Made by a program: the position numbers and the translations under genes. Positions 55,057 to 64,000 of a stretch of DNA of 64,000 nt are shown piece after piece (positions within the stretch are counted from its first letter, which is position 1; each line of letters starts with the position of its first letter). The notes under the pieces are model-generated. The model was given only the letters and a program-made list of their open reading frames with translations, did not search any database and had not been told where the DNA came from. Source of the DNA: a candidate division WWE3 bacterium (GTDB lineage: Bacteria; Patescibacteriota; WWE3; UBA101185; UBA10185); NCBI GenBank assembly GCA_003599255.1, contig QZJF01000017.1, forward strand, positions 113,278 through 177,277, read 5' to 3'.

Positions 55057-55514
55057 GACGTTTTATTTTTTGGTTTTAGGTGAACTCTTCTGTTGCGTCC
55101 CTCACCTTGACTCTCTGATATTACATCGTCGTATTCGGAAATTAAAGTGTGAACTTGACGTCTTTCCCAGGGGTTCATATACGGAAGAATCACCTCGCTT
55201 TGAAAGAATCTTACTTTATCAATGGATCTTCGCGCTATGCTGTGTAATCTTTCAATTCTTTGACTGTTGTAATCATTAATGTCTAACAAAAGTACGGGCC
55301 ACTCGTTACTCTTTTTGTAGTAAATATGGGTAAGAATGCTTTGAAGTGCATCCAGCGATTGTCCTCGATACCCGATGAGAAAACTCAAATCGTCTCCTTG
55401 AATACTAATTTTTATGTTTTCATCACCATCTACCGATATGTCCGTTTGCGGTTTGATATCAAAATGGTGGAGCAAGTCGTCCAGTATTGATTTAACTAAT
55501 TCTTTTTTATCCAT
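55053..55514 (-). CDS. jag: Jag/KhpB-like RNA-binding protein (KH + R3H domains)
   Basis: KH-like GYRGQSLDALQ and the R3H motif region (MNPWERRQVH). Lies immediately downstream of yidC. Confidence 0.75.
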   Translation of the reverse strand: MDKKELVKSILDDLLHHFDIKPQTDISVDGDENIKISIQGDDLSFLIGYRGQSLDALQSILTHIYYKKSNEWPVLLLDINDYNSQRIERLHSIARRSIDKVRFFQSEVILPYMNPWERRQVHTLISEYDDVISESQGEGRNRRVHLKPKNKTS

Positions 55515-56291
55515 TTATTTTGCAAATTTCAGCTTTTTTAACAGAGGGGTTAATCCGCCCCATCCGCTGCTAAAATAATTTTGTACTATTGTAAATAGTG
55601 TTGTAACTACTATATAAAGCACAACACCCGCGGGCAGAGTAATGCCTATTATCACATTCATGACCGGCATCATATATAAAGATTGCTGTTGCATTTGAAA
55701 TGCGATGTCATCCGATTTGGGCTCGGTTGCTTTTGCCGCTTTCTCTGCTTTCTCAACGTAGGGCAGTGTCATCTTTGAGGCTATGAACTGCAGTATACCC
55801 GATAAAACCGCCAAAATAAAGTAAGGGTCGGGTTTTGACAAATCCATATATAGAAAATTTGTATTTACGGTTTCTCCGGCACTGATCTTGAACTGATCCG
55901 AATATATTTTACTGTTGATTAAGGAATAATCCCCATTAATTGTGAAAAGGCGAATTACATTGAACAACGCTATAAGAACAATAAGCATGGCAATTTGAGA
56001 CAGACATCCTGATGCCGGATTAATCCCGTGTTTTTTAAACAATGCCATCTGCATCTCAGCCATCTTTTGCTTGTCGTGTTTGTATTTTTTCTTCAGTTCA
56101 TCTAGTTCAGGCTGAAGATCCCTCTGTTTCTTCATGCTTTTAAGGGAAGGGTTCATAACAGGAACAAGAATAAACCTTATTAATATTGTTAAAACTATGA
56201 TTGCTACACCGAGATCTCCTGCCACTCTATAAAGTACAACAAGAACATTTAACATCGGATTCACAAGTAATGTGTTCCAGAGTAATGACAT
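55515..56291 (-). CDS. yidC: Membrane protein insertase YidC/Oxa1 (short Gram-positive/CPR type)
   Basis: LVPVMNPSLKSMKKQRDLQPELDELKKKYKHDKQKMAEMQMALFKKHGINP and five TM helices. rnpA-yidD-yidC-jag synteny. Confidence 0.8.
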   Translation of the reverse strand: MSLLWNTLLVNPMLNVLVVLYRVAGDLGVAIIVLTILIRFILVPVMNPSLKSMKKQRDLQPELDELKKKYKHDKQKMAEMQMALFKKHGINPASGCLSQIAMLIVLIALFNVIRLFTINGDYSLINSKIYSDQFKISAGETVNTNFLYMDLSKPDPYFILAVLSGILQFIASKMTLPYVEKAEKAAKATEPKSDDIAFQMQQQSLYMMPVMNVIIGITLPAGVVLYIVVTTLFTIVQNYFSSGWGGLTPLLKKLKFAK

Positions 56292-56312
56292 AACTTTACC
56301 ATTGTAGGACTT

Positions 56313-56528
56313 TTACTCTACAGGATCAAATCCTCCTTCAGATAATGGATTACATCTTAAGATGCGGTACCCTCCCATTATGCTTCCTTTTAGTACGCCA
56401 TATTTTTCAATAGCCTCATAAGTATAATCAGAACAACTCGGCACAAAACGGCAGGTATGTATTCCGAAGTTAACGGGTGACAAGAATTTCTTGTAAAGTT
56501 TTATTAATGTCAGTGCTAATTTCCGCAT
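56313..56528 (-). CDS. yidD: Membrane protein insertion efficiency factor YidD
   Basis: [19 protein letters not shown]...[19 protein letters not shown] matches the YidD/DUF37 signature. Start taken at the internal Met (56528); the track's start at 56567 overlaps rnpA more extensively. Confidence 0.7.
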   Translation of the reverse strand: MRKLALTLIKLYKKFLSPVNFGIHTCRFVPSCSDYTYEAIEKYGVLKGSIMGGYRILRCNPLSEGGFDPVE

Positions 56529-56829
56529 AACTTTTTTCCAGAATACCCTTTTTAGCGTAGATGACAAGCCATAGATTCTCAGGCACTTCTATATCAGAAT
56601 TTTTCAGCATATTCCTGATAGACTCTCTGATTAATCTTTTGGGTCTGTTTCGTTTTACTGCTTTGTTATGTACCGAGTTAGGCACGACTATGCCTATTTT
56701 TAAAGGCCCCTTATAATTCCTTGGAACAACGGCAAATACAGTAATAAACTCCCCGGTAAATTTTTTGCCGTATTTTTTTGTAACGTTAAATTCAAAGTTA
56801 GAGGTAAGTCTGTTAGATTTTTTTAGCAT
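56470..56829 (-). CDS. rnpA: RNase P protein component
   Basis: 119-aa basic protein with [13 protein letters not shown]...[24 protein letters not shown], the RnpA RNR-motif region. Positioned between rpmH and yidD. Confidence 0.75.
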   Translation of the reverse strand: MLKKSNRLTSNFEFNVTKKYGKKFTGEFITVFAVVPRNYKGPLKIGIVVPNSVHNKAVKRNRPKRLIRESIRNMLKNSDIEVPENLWLVIYAKKGILEKSYAEISTDINKTLQEILVTR

Positions 56830-56849
56830 CAGGGTGTGCTGCGCGAGGC

Positions 56850-57002
56850 TTATTTGCCGTTATACTGTACAACCAAGGCCTTTCGCCCCTTTTGACGTCG
56901 TCTTTTTAATACATTCTTTCCGCCCGGACTCTGCATTTTCTTAAGAAATCCGTGCTTCTTTACTCTTTTTCTTTTTTTTGGTTGCCAGGTTCTTTTAGGC
57001 AT
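56850..57002 (-). CDS. rpmH: 50S ribosomal protein L34
   Basis: [43 protein letters not shown] matches the bL34 consensus (MKRT.QPS..KR.R.HGFR.RM.T..GR.VL..RR.KGRK.L). Only the last 50 codons of the 158-aa track ORF are real. Confidence 0.75.
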   Translation of the reverse strand: MPKRTWQPKKRKRVKKHGFLKKMQSPGGKNVLKRRRQKGRKALVVQYNGK

Positions 57003-57084
57003 AACAAGGTTGATCTTAGAGCAAAAAGTCCGAAGCGTCAACCCCGGCGTTAACATTTCCGGTAAATATATTATAATCTCACGT

Positions 57085-57405
57085 ATGATTAAGTTTGATG
57101 ATTTTGCAAAGGTGGACATCCGGGCCGGAAAAGTTCTGATTTGTGAAAAGGTTGAAAAATCCAATAAATTGCTCCGAATGGTAGTTGACTTCGGAGAACT
57201 GGGTGAAAAACAGATTCTGACCGGTTTGGGCGAATTTATCCAACCGGAAGAAATTAGCGGAATAACAGCACTCTTTGTGGTAAATCTGGAGCCAAGAAAG
57301 CTGATGGGATTCGAGTCGGAAGGCATGATAATGGGTACAGATGACGAAACTCCAAAAATCGTGCAGGCTCCTCAAGGTACTTTGCCGGGTACACGAGTAA
57401 TTTAA
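57085..57405 (+). CDS. tRNA-binding domain protein (Trbp111/CsaA-like)
   Basis: [42 protein letters not shown]...[22 protein letters not shown] matches the OB-fold tRNA-binding domain (MetRS C-terminal/EMAP-like). Start chosen at the ATG at 57085; the upstream part of the track ORF overlaps rpmH. Confidence 0.6.
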   Translation: MIKFDDFAKVDIRAGKVLICEKVEKSNKLLRMVVDFGELGEKQILTGLGEFIQPEEISGITALFVVNLEPRKLMGFESEGMIMGTDDETPKIVQAPQGTLPGTRVI

Positions 57406-57425
57406 TCATTTTAATTCCTAAGATT

Positions 57426-58643
57426 ATGAATATTTACATACCCAGGAAATATCACATTAAAACATTTGGTTGTCAGGCAAATATAGCCGACTCCGGCACG
57501 CTTTCCGGAATACTGGAGTCTTTAGGATATGAATATTCATCAGTAGAGGATGCAGAAAATGAAAATCTTGCGCTGATCAGAACATTGTCTGATGTAGATC
57601 TCTTTGTCATAAATACGTGTTCCGTCAGACAAAAAAGCGAAGATAAAGTTTATGGTATTGGAAAGGCTGTGAATCATGTGCAAAAGGAAAAGGGAAGCAG
57701 ACCTTTTATTGTAATGGCAGGTTGTATGGTCGGTTCTGTTACCGGGGAACGCCAGAGATATGAATTTGACGAATTAAGAAAAAAGACTCCTTGGGTTGAT
57801 TTGTATATAAATCCCTCTCAGATTTTTGATCTTCCTTTGAAATTACAAGAAAGTCATGTGCTGGATGAATGGGCCGTCCAAAAATTCGACCCCGCCGGGA
57901 TAAACTCAAAACAGGAAGATTCGAGACGCGCTTTTGTAAATATATCCTATGGATGTGATAATTTTTGTACTTTTTGTGTAGTGCCCTATGCTCGGGGAAG
58001 GGAAGTATCCCGAACAGAGGCTGATATACTTGCTGAGATTAATCACCTTGTTAAGCGAGGGAAGTCCGAATTTACGTTATGCGGTCAGAATGTTAATTCC
58101 TGGGGTTTGAGCATGAGTGACAAATTCGAAATCAGGACAGGAAGTGACGATAAAACGCCTTTTGCCGACCTCCTAAGGAAGATACACTCACTGGAAGAGG
58201 TAGAGAAGATTGACTTTATCTCGTCAAACCCATTCGATTTTACCTCCGATCTTATTGAAACCCTAAAATTACAAAAAATATCAAATTATCTCCATATTGC
58301 GGTGCAATCGGGGAATAACGACGTTCTGAAAAAAATGAACAGAAGACATTCCATTGAGGACTTTTATTCGCTTGTAGAGTCAATAAAACAGGCACGTCCG
58401 GAAATTGAGCTTGGAACGGATCTGATTGTAGGCTTTCCCGGAGAAACCGAGGAACAGTTTTTGGATACCATTGAATTGGTCAAAAAAATTAAATTCAACG
58501 TTGCTTTTATTGCCATGTACTCACCAAGGAAAGGAACCCCGGCGCAAAAGTTTTACCCCGACGATGTTCCAGCGAAAGAAAAAAAAAGAAGACATAAGCT
58601 TCTGACCGAAGCCTGGAAAAAATCAAAAGATGAGAATAACTAA
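57426..58643 (+). CDS. miaB: tRNA methylthiotransferase (MiaB-like radical-SAM enzyme)
   Basis: UPF0004 N-terminal domain (IKTFGCQANIADSG), radical-SAM CDNFCTFC (CxxxCxxC), and location directly upstream of miaA. Confidence 0.75.
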   Translation: MNIYIPRKYHIKTFGCQANIADSGTLSGILESLGYEYSSVEDAENENLALIRTLSDVDLFVINTCSVRQKSEDKVYGIGKAVNHVQKEKGSRPFIVMAGCMVGSVTGERQRYEFDELRKKTPWVDLYINPSQIFDLPLKLQESHVLDEWAVQKFDPAGINSKQEDSRRAFVNISYGCDNFCTFCVVPYARGREVSRTEADILAEINHLVKRGKSEFTLCGQNVNSWGLSMSDKFEIRTGSDDKTPFADLLRKIHSLEEVEKIDFISSNPFDFTSDLIETLKLQKISNYLHIAVQSGNNDVLKKMNRRHSIEDFYSLVESIKQARPEIELGTDLIVGFPGETEEQFLDTIELVKKIKFNVAFIAMYSPRKGTPAQKFYPDDVPAKEKKRRHKLLTEAWKKSKDENN

Positions 58644-59583
58644 AATATACAATGGAAAAAGGCCCATTCCTGTTATTGTAGGCCCTACTTCCTCAGGAAA
58701 AACATCACTAGCTTTAGAATTGGCAAAAGTAACGGAGGGTGTAATCATTTCCGCGGACTCGCGCCAGATATACAGGGGAATGGATATTGGGACGGGAAAA
58801 TTGCCCGTAGAATCAGATCTCGATGTTATAAAGGGAGATTCCCTGTGGAAACTGAATGGTATTGAAGTGTGGGGATATGATCTTGCAGATCCGGACGAGT
58901 ACTTTTCCGCTTATGATTACGCCAAGTTTGCATGGAGGAAGCTTGAAGAGTTGGGAAGTACTGAAAAAACGACGTTTATAGCCGGCGGAACCGGTTTTTA
59001 TGCGGATATTTTAACCGGCCGGTCAAAACTTTCGGAAATAAAACCTGATTTGGAACTTAGAAAAACATTGGAAAACGAATCACTGGAAAATCTCCAGAAA
59101 AAGCTAATGTCGTTAAACCCATCACCCATGAATATCAGTGACACAAGCAACAAGGTCAGATTAATAAGGGCAATTGAAAGAGAATTAGGTCCCCGAGACG
59201 TCGACGATCCCCTACCCTTCCCCGAGTTTAAATATGTTTATATAGGACTTAAGGCTCCGAACGATTTTCTTTATAAACGTGCGGATGATTGGCTTAAAAA
59301 GATATGGCATAACGGACTTATTGAAGAAGTTGAAAGTCTAATTGAGTCAGGATATTCCGGTTCCCCCAAGCTTCAAGGTTTGATATACAAATCGGTTTTG
59401 GCATATCTAAATTCATATATGACGGAAGAGGATGCACAACAGCGGGCAATATTCGATTTGCATGCTTATGTTCGTAGGCAGTTAACTTGGTTTAAACGTA
59501 ATAAGAATATTGACTGGTTCGACATATCCGATCTTCCATCCAAAGAAATTACATCGATTATTCTTGATAAGTATTTATCATGA
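58630..59583 (+). CDS. miaA: tRNA dimethylallyltransferase
   Basis: P-loop GPTSSGKT; ISADSRQIYRGMDIGTGK. Confidence 0.85.
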   Translation: MRITKIYNGKRPIPVIVGPTSSGKTSLALELAKVTEGVIISADSRQIYRGMDIGTGKLPVESDLDVIKGDSLWKLNGIEVWGYDLADPDEYFSAYDYAKFAWRKLEELGSTEKTTFIAGGTGFYADILTGRSKLSEIKPDLELRKTLENESLENLQKKLMSLNPSPMNISDTSNKVRLIRAIERELGPRDVDDPLPFPEFKYVYIGLKAPNDFLYKRADDWLKKIWHNGLIEEVESLIESGYSGSPKLQGLIYKSVLAYLNSYMTEEDAQQRAIFDLHAYVRRQLTWFKRNKNIDWFDISDLPSKEITSIILDKYLS

Positions 59584-59610
59584 GTTTGAAAAACATATAT
59601 AATAATCTCA

Positions 59611-60600
59611 ATGGATAAACAGGTTGTGATTTCGACTAGAACTATAATTACTACTCTACTGCTGGTTTTAGCAGGTTTTGTGGTTTATCGTCTGGGAACG
59701 GTTATTAGTATATTTCTTATTGCTTTGCTTATTGTCTTTGCATTGGAGCCGGTAATCCGCTATATGATGAGGGGAGTGATTCTTAATAGACAAGTTTCCC
59801 GGGGTCTCGCCGTCATTGTTACGTATGTGGTTATGCTTTTACTTTTGGCCGGTGTGATTTCGGTTGGATTACCTCCATTTATAATCGAGTCGCAGAAACT
59901 TTTGAAATCACTGGGAACTATTCTTCAAAGCTTCCAGCTTACAGACAATACGGCAGTGAAATTGCCGGACATTTTGCCGGAAGCCTCCAAACTTTCGGGA
60001 GGTGTTTTGTCTGCCACATTATCCATATTCTCAAATCTTGCCACGATTTTCAGCATATTTATTATGTCATTGTATATGTCACTTGATTGGGAAAATCTCA
60101 AGATCAAGTTTGCTTCTATGTTTCCGGATAAAACTAAGGAAGCAGTGGCAGATACGATAAATGAGATTGAGACCAGCATAGGACACTGGGTAAAAGGCGA
60201 AATGGTGTTAATGGTAGTTGTTGGGCTACTCAGTTTGATTGGACTTTTGGCTTTGGAGGTCAAGTATCCGTTGGCATTGGCACTAATATCGGGTCTTTTG
60301 GAAATTGTACCTATGCTGGGGCCAATTCTAGCTGCTATTCTGGCTGCAATTATTGGTTTTGCCGATGCCCCCGTGAAAGGTATAGGGGTAATTGTAATGT
60401 ATACGGTAATACAACAATTCGAGAACAACATTCTGGTTCCCAAGGTGATGCAAAAAGTCTCAGGTTTCAGTCCTCTTATAATCCTGCTGGCCCTGCTTAT
60501 TGGCAGTGAGTTTTTTGGTGTTGTCGGAGCAATAATGTCCGTTCCTTTTACTATGATCCTTACTATCTTGCTTAAGCGTTTTCTCCGCAATCAGGTTTAG
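59611..60600 (+). CDS. AI-2E family transporter (UPF0118/PerM-like)
   Basis: Eight TM helices with the characteristic conserved LSLIPMLGP-like segment (GLLEIVPMLGPILAAI). Confidence 0.75.
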   Translation: MDKQVVISTRTIITTLLLVLAGFVVYRLGTVISIFLIALLIVFALEPVIRYMMRGVILNRQVSRGLAVIVTYVVMLLLLAGVISVGLPPFIIESQKLLKSLGTILQSFQLTDNTAVKLPDILPEASKLSGGVLSATLSIFSNLATIFSIFIMSLYMSLDWENLKIKFASMFPDKTKEAVADTINEIETSIGHWVKGEMVLMVVVGLLSLIGLLALEVKYPLALALISGLLEIVPMLGPILAAILAAIIGFADAPVKGIGVIVMYTVIQQFENNILVPKVMQKVSGFSPLIILLALLIGSEFFGVVGAIMSVPFTMILTILLKRFLRNQV

Positions 60601-60615
60601 CGGATGTTTTGTTCT

Positions 60616-60940
60616 TTAGAAGGAAGCTCATAAGCCAGGTTCTGTTCGTGTCGATCATCTATCTACGCCCCATCTTCTTGCCTCGCCGAACAAGCTAATA
60701 ACGGCAAATTCGTGGGTTGCTGCAGGTAGGATTGCCCGTTTCATACTTTTCCCATAGTTAGAAACCTTAGGGTTAAGCTCGTCTCTGTTGCTCTCAAACG
60801 ACGTCATTCGCCGTCTGTTCCTCCGCTTTTCAGCTTCGGACACTGGCAGTTGCCTGCCGGAGGTTGCCCTCCGTCCCCTGTTCTGTGCAGCCTGGACTTT
60901 CCTCCCGTTGTGCGGGCGATCGACCGGCTTCCTTCATATG
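60616..60940 (-). ncRNA. rnpB: RNase P RNA (bacterial type A)
   Basis: The minus strand carries both universally conserved P4 strands: GGGAGGAAAGTCCAGGC near 60908..60892 and ACAGAACCTGGCTTA near 60645..60631. A P1 pairing (GAAGGAAGC at the 5' end with GCTTCCTTC at the 3' end) encloses about 325 nt. The region is GC-rich, and the overlapping 62-aa ORF is an artefact. Confidence 0.8.
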
Positions 60941-60973
60941 AGATTTTACCACACAATGTGATATCATAACTGC

Positions 60974-62053
60974 ATGTCTGAGCCGTTGGACCCGCAAAAA
61001 TTTCATATCTTTACAACTGAAAAAAAGATTTCGGCCGCAATTATCATAGGACTAATATTGTTAATTATCCTTCCCCCTTTAGCGTTTACGTACTACAGGT
61101 TCAGCATAGGCAGACCGTCGCAAACGTCGGATGAAGTTACTTTCGAAATTAAGAACGGTCAGCCGATTTCGGAAACGGCTAGTCTTTTATATTCCGAGGG
61201 TGCTATTAACTCGGAATTTCTCTTTACACTCTACGTTTTTTTGAATAATTACGATAAAAATATTCAGGCAGGTACCTACCGCATTCCGGCGGGTATTTCG
61301 ATAGTTGATCTTGTTGAAATGTTCCAGCACGGTGTCAATGATATATCTATTACCTTTCTTGAAGGATGGCGTGTAGAAGAAATTGCTAGAGAGGCCAGCA
61401 GAAAACTGGATAAGATTGACTACACGGATTTTGTCACTAGAGCCAAGAACCTGGAAGGATATCTTTTCCCTGATACTTATCTGGTTAACAAAGATATAAC
61501 GGAAGAAGAATTGGTAAAACTTTTGAATGACACGTTTTACAATAAAACGTCAGAATTATTAAATGAGGAGAGGGTTAAATCTACAGGGCTGACTCCGGAT
61601 GAAATTGTTAAGTTTGCCTCTATTGTTGAACGCGAGGTTTTTAAGCTTGAAGATAGACGTATAGTTGCCGGTATTCTTATTAAGAGATACAAAGAGGGTA
61701 TGAAAATAGACGCTGATGCGACTACTCAGTACGTCGCTGCTGCATATGATGTGTGTGGAAGTATGCCGTCCCCGGATTGTATACCTACTGTGGAGGACTA
61801 TTATGAATTAGAGTGGTGGCCCAAAGAACTGACGTTTGAAGACTTGGAAATTGATAGTCCCTACAACACAAGAAAGGTTGTGGGTCTGCCTCCAACTCCT
61901 ATTAGCAATCCGGGACTGGATGCTATCTCCTCGGTTCTTGAGTATGAGGATACCGTATATTATTACTATTTAAATGACAAATTCGGCAACACGTATTTTG
62001 CGGTAAATTTGGACGAACATAACGCGAACATCTCAAGATATTTATCCAATTAA
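60974..62053 (+). CDS. mltG: Endolytic murein transglycosylase MltG (YceG-like)
   Basis: N-terminal TM; GTYRIPAGISIVDLV, LEGYLFPDTY, ASIVEREV, TTQY and SPYNTRKVVGLPPTPISNPG match the YceG family signature. Confidence 0.8.
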   Translation: MSEPLDPQKFHIFTTEKKISAAIIIGLILLIILPPLAFTYYRFSIGRPSQTSDEVTFEIKNGQPISETASLLYSEGAINSEFLFTLYVFLNNYDKNIQAGTYRIPAGISIVDLVEMFQHGVNDISITFLEGWRVEEIAREASRKLDKIDYTDFVTRAKNLEGYLFPDTYLVNKDITEEELVKLLNDTFYNKTSELLNEERVKSTGLTPDEIVKFASIVEREVFKLEDRRIVAGILIKRYKEGMKIDADATTQYVAAAYDVCGSMPSPDCIPTVEDYYELEWWPKELTFEDLEIDSPYNTRKVVGLPPTPISNPGLDAISSVLEYEDTVYYYYLNDKFGNTYFAVNLDEHNANISRYLSN

Positions 62054-62511
62054 TCAATAGCAAGAGAATTTTCAAGTAATTCCTTTGTGATTTTTATGCC
62101 CTGAAAAGTTAGGATGTTCTCCTCTATCATTATTGGAATCTTAAGATTTGCAGCTAATTTTATACTCTCAAAGAAGTCGGTTTGTATTTTTGATAATTCG
62201 GAGTTTATTTCTGCTATTAAATATGTGTTTGGTTTGTCCTCTGACATAGATCCGCTAATCTGAATGCCTACGATGTGAATACCGGCAACTGAAAGGACAC
62301 CCAGCAAAATTTTTACCGGCTCTGAAATACAGTCGTAAACTTTGTCCACGTCTACAGGAAAAACAATTTTATTTTCCCTATTGTAAAAGTACATTGTTGT
62401 ATAAAACTCGTGTCTAATGCATGTAAGAAGCTGAATCTCTTTTAATATTGAACTTGGACTGTGGAATTTATTAACGGTATAATAACTTTGATTCATGTTT
62501 GATCTGCTCAA
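62050..62511 (-). CDS. Hypothetical protein (153 aa)
   Basis: No motif recognised. Confidence 0.3.
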   Translation of the reverse strand: MSRSNMNQSYYTVNKFHSPSSILKEIQLLTCIRHEFYTTMYFYNRENKIVFPVDVDKVYDCISEPVKILLGVLSVAGIHIVGIQISGSMSEDKPNTYLIAEINSELSKIQTDFFESIKLAANLKIPIMIEENILTFQGIKITKELLENSLAID

Positions 62512-62926
62512 AAAAACTTACAACAATATTGAGAACATCCGGGGAAAAAAACTCGTATATACTCTTTTTGGGGTGTTCGTTTCCTTTGTATTTATAGGCA
62601 TACTGATAGGTTATTATAGAGAAACGAGATTAAACGGGAATGAAGCGGTTCCTACTGAAATTATCAGTGAGAACGTAAATGAGGATGTTTCGTATGAGGG
62701 TATCGTCAGGTATATTGGCGATGGATTTTACACTGACGACGGGATTTCCTATGTGCTCACCGATATTTCGGGAAACGAAATAATCCTTTTGAAAGCCACG
62801 GATGATAAACTTACTATTGTGGAAGGGTTAAGCGTGGAAGCCGTAGGAAGGCTCGGTAAGACACAAGATGGCCAAAACGAAGTTTTATTTGTAAAGGAGC
62901 TTTTATTTAAAAATGCCACAGATTGA
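62495..62926 (+). CDS. Hypothetical membrane-anchored protein (143 aa)
   Basis: Single N-terminal TM; no motif. Confidence 0.3.
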   Translation: MFDLLKKTYNNIENIRGKKLVYTLFGVFVSFVFIGILIGYYRETRLNGNEAVPTEIISENVNEDVSYEGIVRYIGDGFYTDDGISYVLTDISGNEIILLKATDDKLTIVEGLSVEAVGRLGKTQDGQNEVLFVKELLFKNATD

Positions 62927-63599
62927 GTTTATAAATGTAACAAAAGAATATGAAAGCGGTAATATTGCCTTGGACAACGTTTCTTTTCAAATAGAACCTG
63001 GGGAATTTGTATTTGTGGTAGGGCCTTCGGGGGCGGGAAAATCCACACTGGTAAAACTTCTAATAAGAGAAGAGTATCCTAATTCCGGGCAAATTCTATT
63101 CAACGGAGCGGATATATTATCCATAGACCCGGAGAACGTGCATGCATACAGAAGGCGTATAGGTGTAGTTTTTCAGGATTTTAAACTTTTGGAATCCAGA
63201 AATGTGTTTGAAAATATCTCAATTGCGTTAGAGGTGTCGGATGCTACTGATCACGAAATTAAGAATATTGTCCCTAATGTATTGAATATGGTGGGTCTTT
63301 CAGCAAAAATGTTTAAGTACCCAAGACAATTATCGGGGGGTGAAAAACAAAGGGTATCCATTGCGCGGGCACTTGCGCACGAACCCGACATTTTGGTAGC
63401 AGATGAGGCAACAGGAATGATTGATCCCGATTCATCCAACAGTGTCGTTGAGATACTGGAAAAAATCAACGCTTTGGGTACCACTGTTTTTATGGCAACA
63501 CATGATGAGAAGATTGTGGATAAGCTAAAAAAAAGAGTAATCAGAATTGAAGACGGAAAGCTTATTTCCGATAAAAAAGGAGGTAAATATCGTGGGTAA
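62913..63599 (+). CDS. ftsE: Cell-division ABC transporter ATP-binding protein FtsE
   Basis: Walker A GPSGAGKST, ABC signature LSGGEKQRVSIARAL, and Walker B ILVADEATG. Confidence 0.85.
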   Translation: MPQIEFINVTKEYESGNIALDNVSFQIEPGEFVFVVGPSGAGKSTLVKLLIREEYPNSGQILFNGADILSIDPENVHAYRRRIGVVFQDFKLLESRNVFENISIALEVSDATDHEIKNIVPNVLNMVGLSAKMFKYPRQLSGGEKQRVSIARALAHEPDILVADEATGMIDPDSSNSVVEILEKINALGTTVFMATHDEKIVDKLKKRVIRIEDGKLISDKKGGKYRG

Positions 63600-64000
63600 A
63601 ATCTGGAAAAATTTAAAGGCTAATTTAAGAAGAGAGCGTCTTCTGACAATCGCGAATATATTTGTAATGACTATTACGTTTTTGCTTTTAGGGACACTAA
63701 TTTTCATAATTTCAGGTTCCCAGACGGCTTTGAGATACCTCGAAGAACAGGCACAAATTACTGTTTTCTTTAAAGATGATTTTCCGGAAGAGAATATATT
63801 GACTTTTAAATCGCAGATCGAAGGGGATCAAAGAATATCCGGTGTCAAATACGTTTCGAAAAATGACGCATTTGAGATCTTTTCTCAGTTAAACAAAGAC
63901 GAACCCGTGTTGCTTGAAAATATATCTCCAAATATTTTACCTGCAAGTCTTGAGGTTAAGGCATTGAATATTGGTGACCTCGATACTTTAGCCGATGAGT
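63592..64000 (+). CDS. ftsX: Cell-division permease FtsX (5' part; continues past the window end)
   Basis: GTG at 63592 with AAGGAGG 7 nt upstream. N-terminal TM, then a periplasmic domain beginning IISGSQTALRYLEEQAQITVFFKDD, typical of FtsX. Absent from the track because it has no ATG start and no stop within the window. Confidence 0.6.
   Translation, partial: MGKIWKNLKANLRRERLLTIANIFVMTITFLLLGTLIFIISGSQTALRYLEEQAQITVFFKDDFPEENILTFKSQIEGDQRISGVKYVSKNDAFEIFSQLNKDEPVLLENISPNILPASLEVKALNIGDLDTLADE

Noticed and set aside
57003-57084. Possible oriC/DnaA-box cluster upstream of rpmH
   Set aside because: The 82-bp divergent region contains a TATAAT but no recognisable TTATCCACA-like boxes, and dnaA is not adjacent, so no origin call is made.
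56850-57326. 158-aa ORF read as one protein
   Set aside because: Only the C-terminal 50 codons ([19 protein letters not shown]...) match ribosomal protein L34. The upstream 108 codons are low-complexity, overlap the divergent tRNA-binding-protein gene and promoter region, and are not coding.
60655-60843. 62-aa ORF on the minus strand
   Set aside because: It lies entirely inside the RNase P RNA gene. The high GC and absence of stops here are explained by RNA secondary structure.
1-64000. CRISPR arrays, integrases/transposases, toxin-antitoxin pairs
   Set aside because: No regularly spaced direct repeats, recombinase/transposase-like ORFs or terminal inverted repeats were seen. The GC-rich islands lack flanking mobility genes within the window.

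Overview
The window reads as a low-GC (about 35-40%) bacterial chromosome with compact, frequently overlapping genes and unusually short versions of housekeeping proteins. This style fits reduced-genome lineages such as CPR/Patescibacteria, but that placement is inference only.

Clearly recognisable content:
- **Housekeeping and information processing:** lepA (5' partial), murJ, rpsT, a long minus-strand operon trxA-gap-pgk-fdx-(AOR-N-like)-tpiA-LCP-holA-sortase, a D-Ala-D-Ala carboxypeptidase, a PcrA/UvrD helicase, ksgA, rmuC, tatD, alaS preceded by tRNA-Cys, groES/groEL behind a CIRCE operator, hsp20, rnhA, miaB-miaA, an AI-2E transporter, the colinear block rpmH-rnpA-yidD-yidC-jag-dnaN, an RNase P RNA (rnpB) on the minus strand, mltG, ftsE and ftsX (partial).
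- **Cell envelope and glycopolymer genes:** two GT2 glycosyltransferases, a MraY/WecA-family transferase, a UbiA-family prenyltransferase, an O-antigen-ligase-like protein, tandem FemAB paralogues, a G5+3D protein, a PEGA/SH3b protein, a Wzz-like protein and an LCP protein.

Most unusual region (46.0-53.9 kb):
- A 1051-aa fusion of an NAD-dependent sugar epimerase/dehydratase with a transmembrane anchor and a large extracytoplasmic domain.
- A 533-aa PrgI/VirB3-like membrane protein carrying a coiled-coil, Pro/Glu-rich and beta-sandwich extension.
- A VirB4-type ATPase apparently split into two adjacent ORFs, the second ending in a ~200-aa low-complexity tail.
- Together these look like a reduced type-IV-secretion-like or DNA-translocation apparatus, sitting directly next to dnaN.

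Other notable points:
- A truncated aldehyde:ferredoxin-oxidoreductase-like protein plus a ferredoxin embedded between pgk and tpiA.
- A sortase with a putative VPDSG-type substrate next to PilN/PilO-like genes.
- Three GC-rich islands (about 50-55% GC), and a GC-rich structured intergenic element at 24.05-24.22 kb.
- Several six-frame ORFs are artefacts: one is a translated tRNA, one lies inside rnpB, and one is an L34 gene hidden in a longer ORF.
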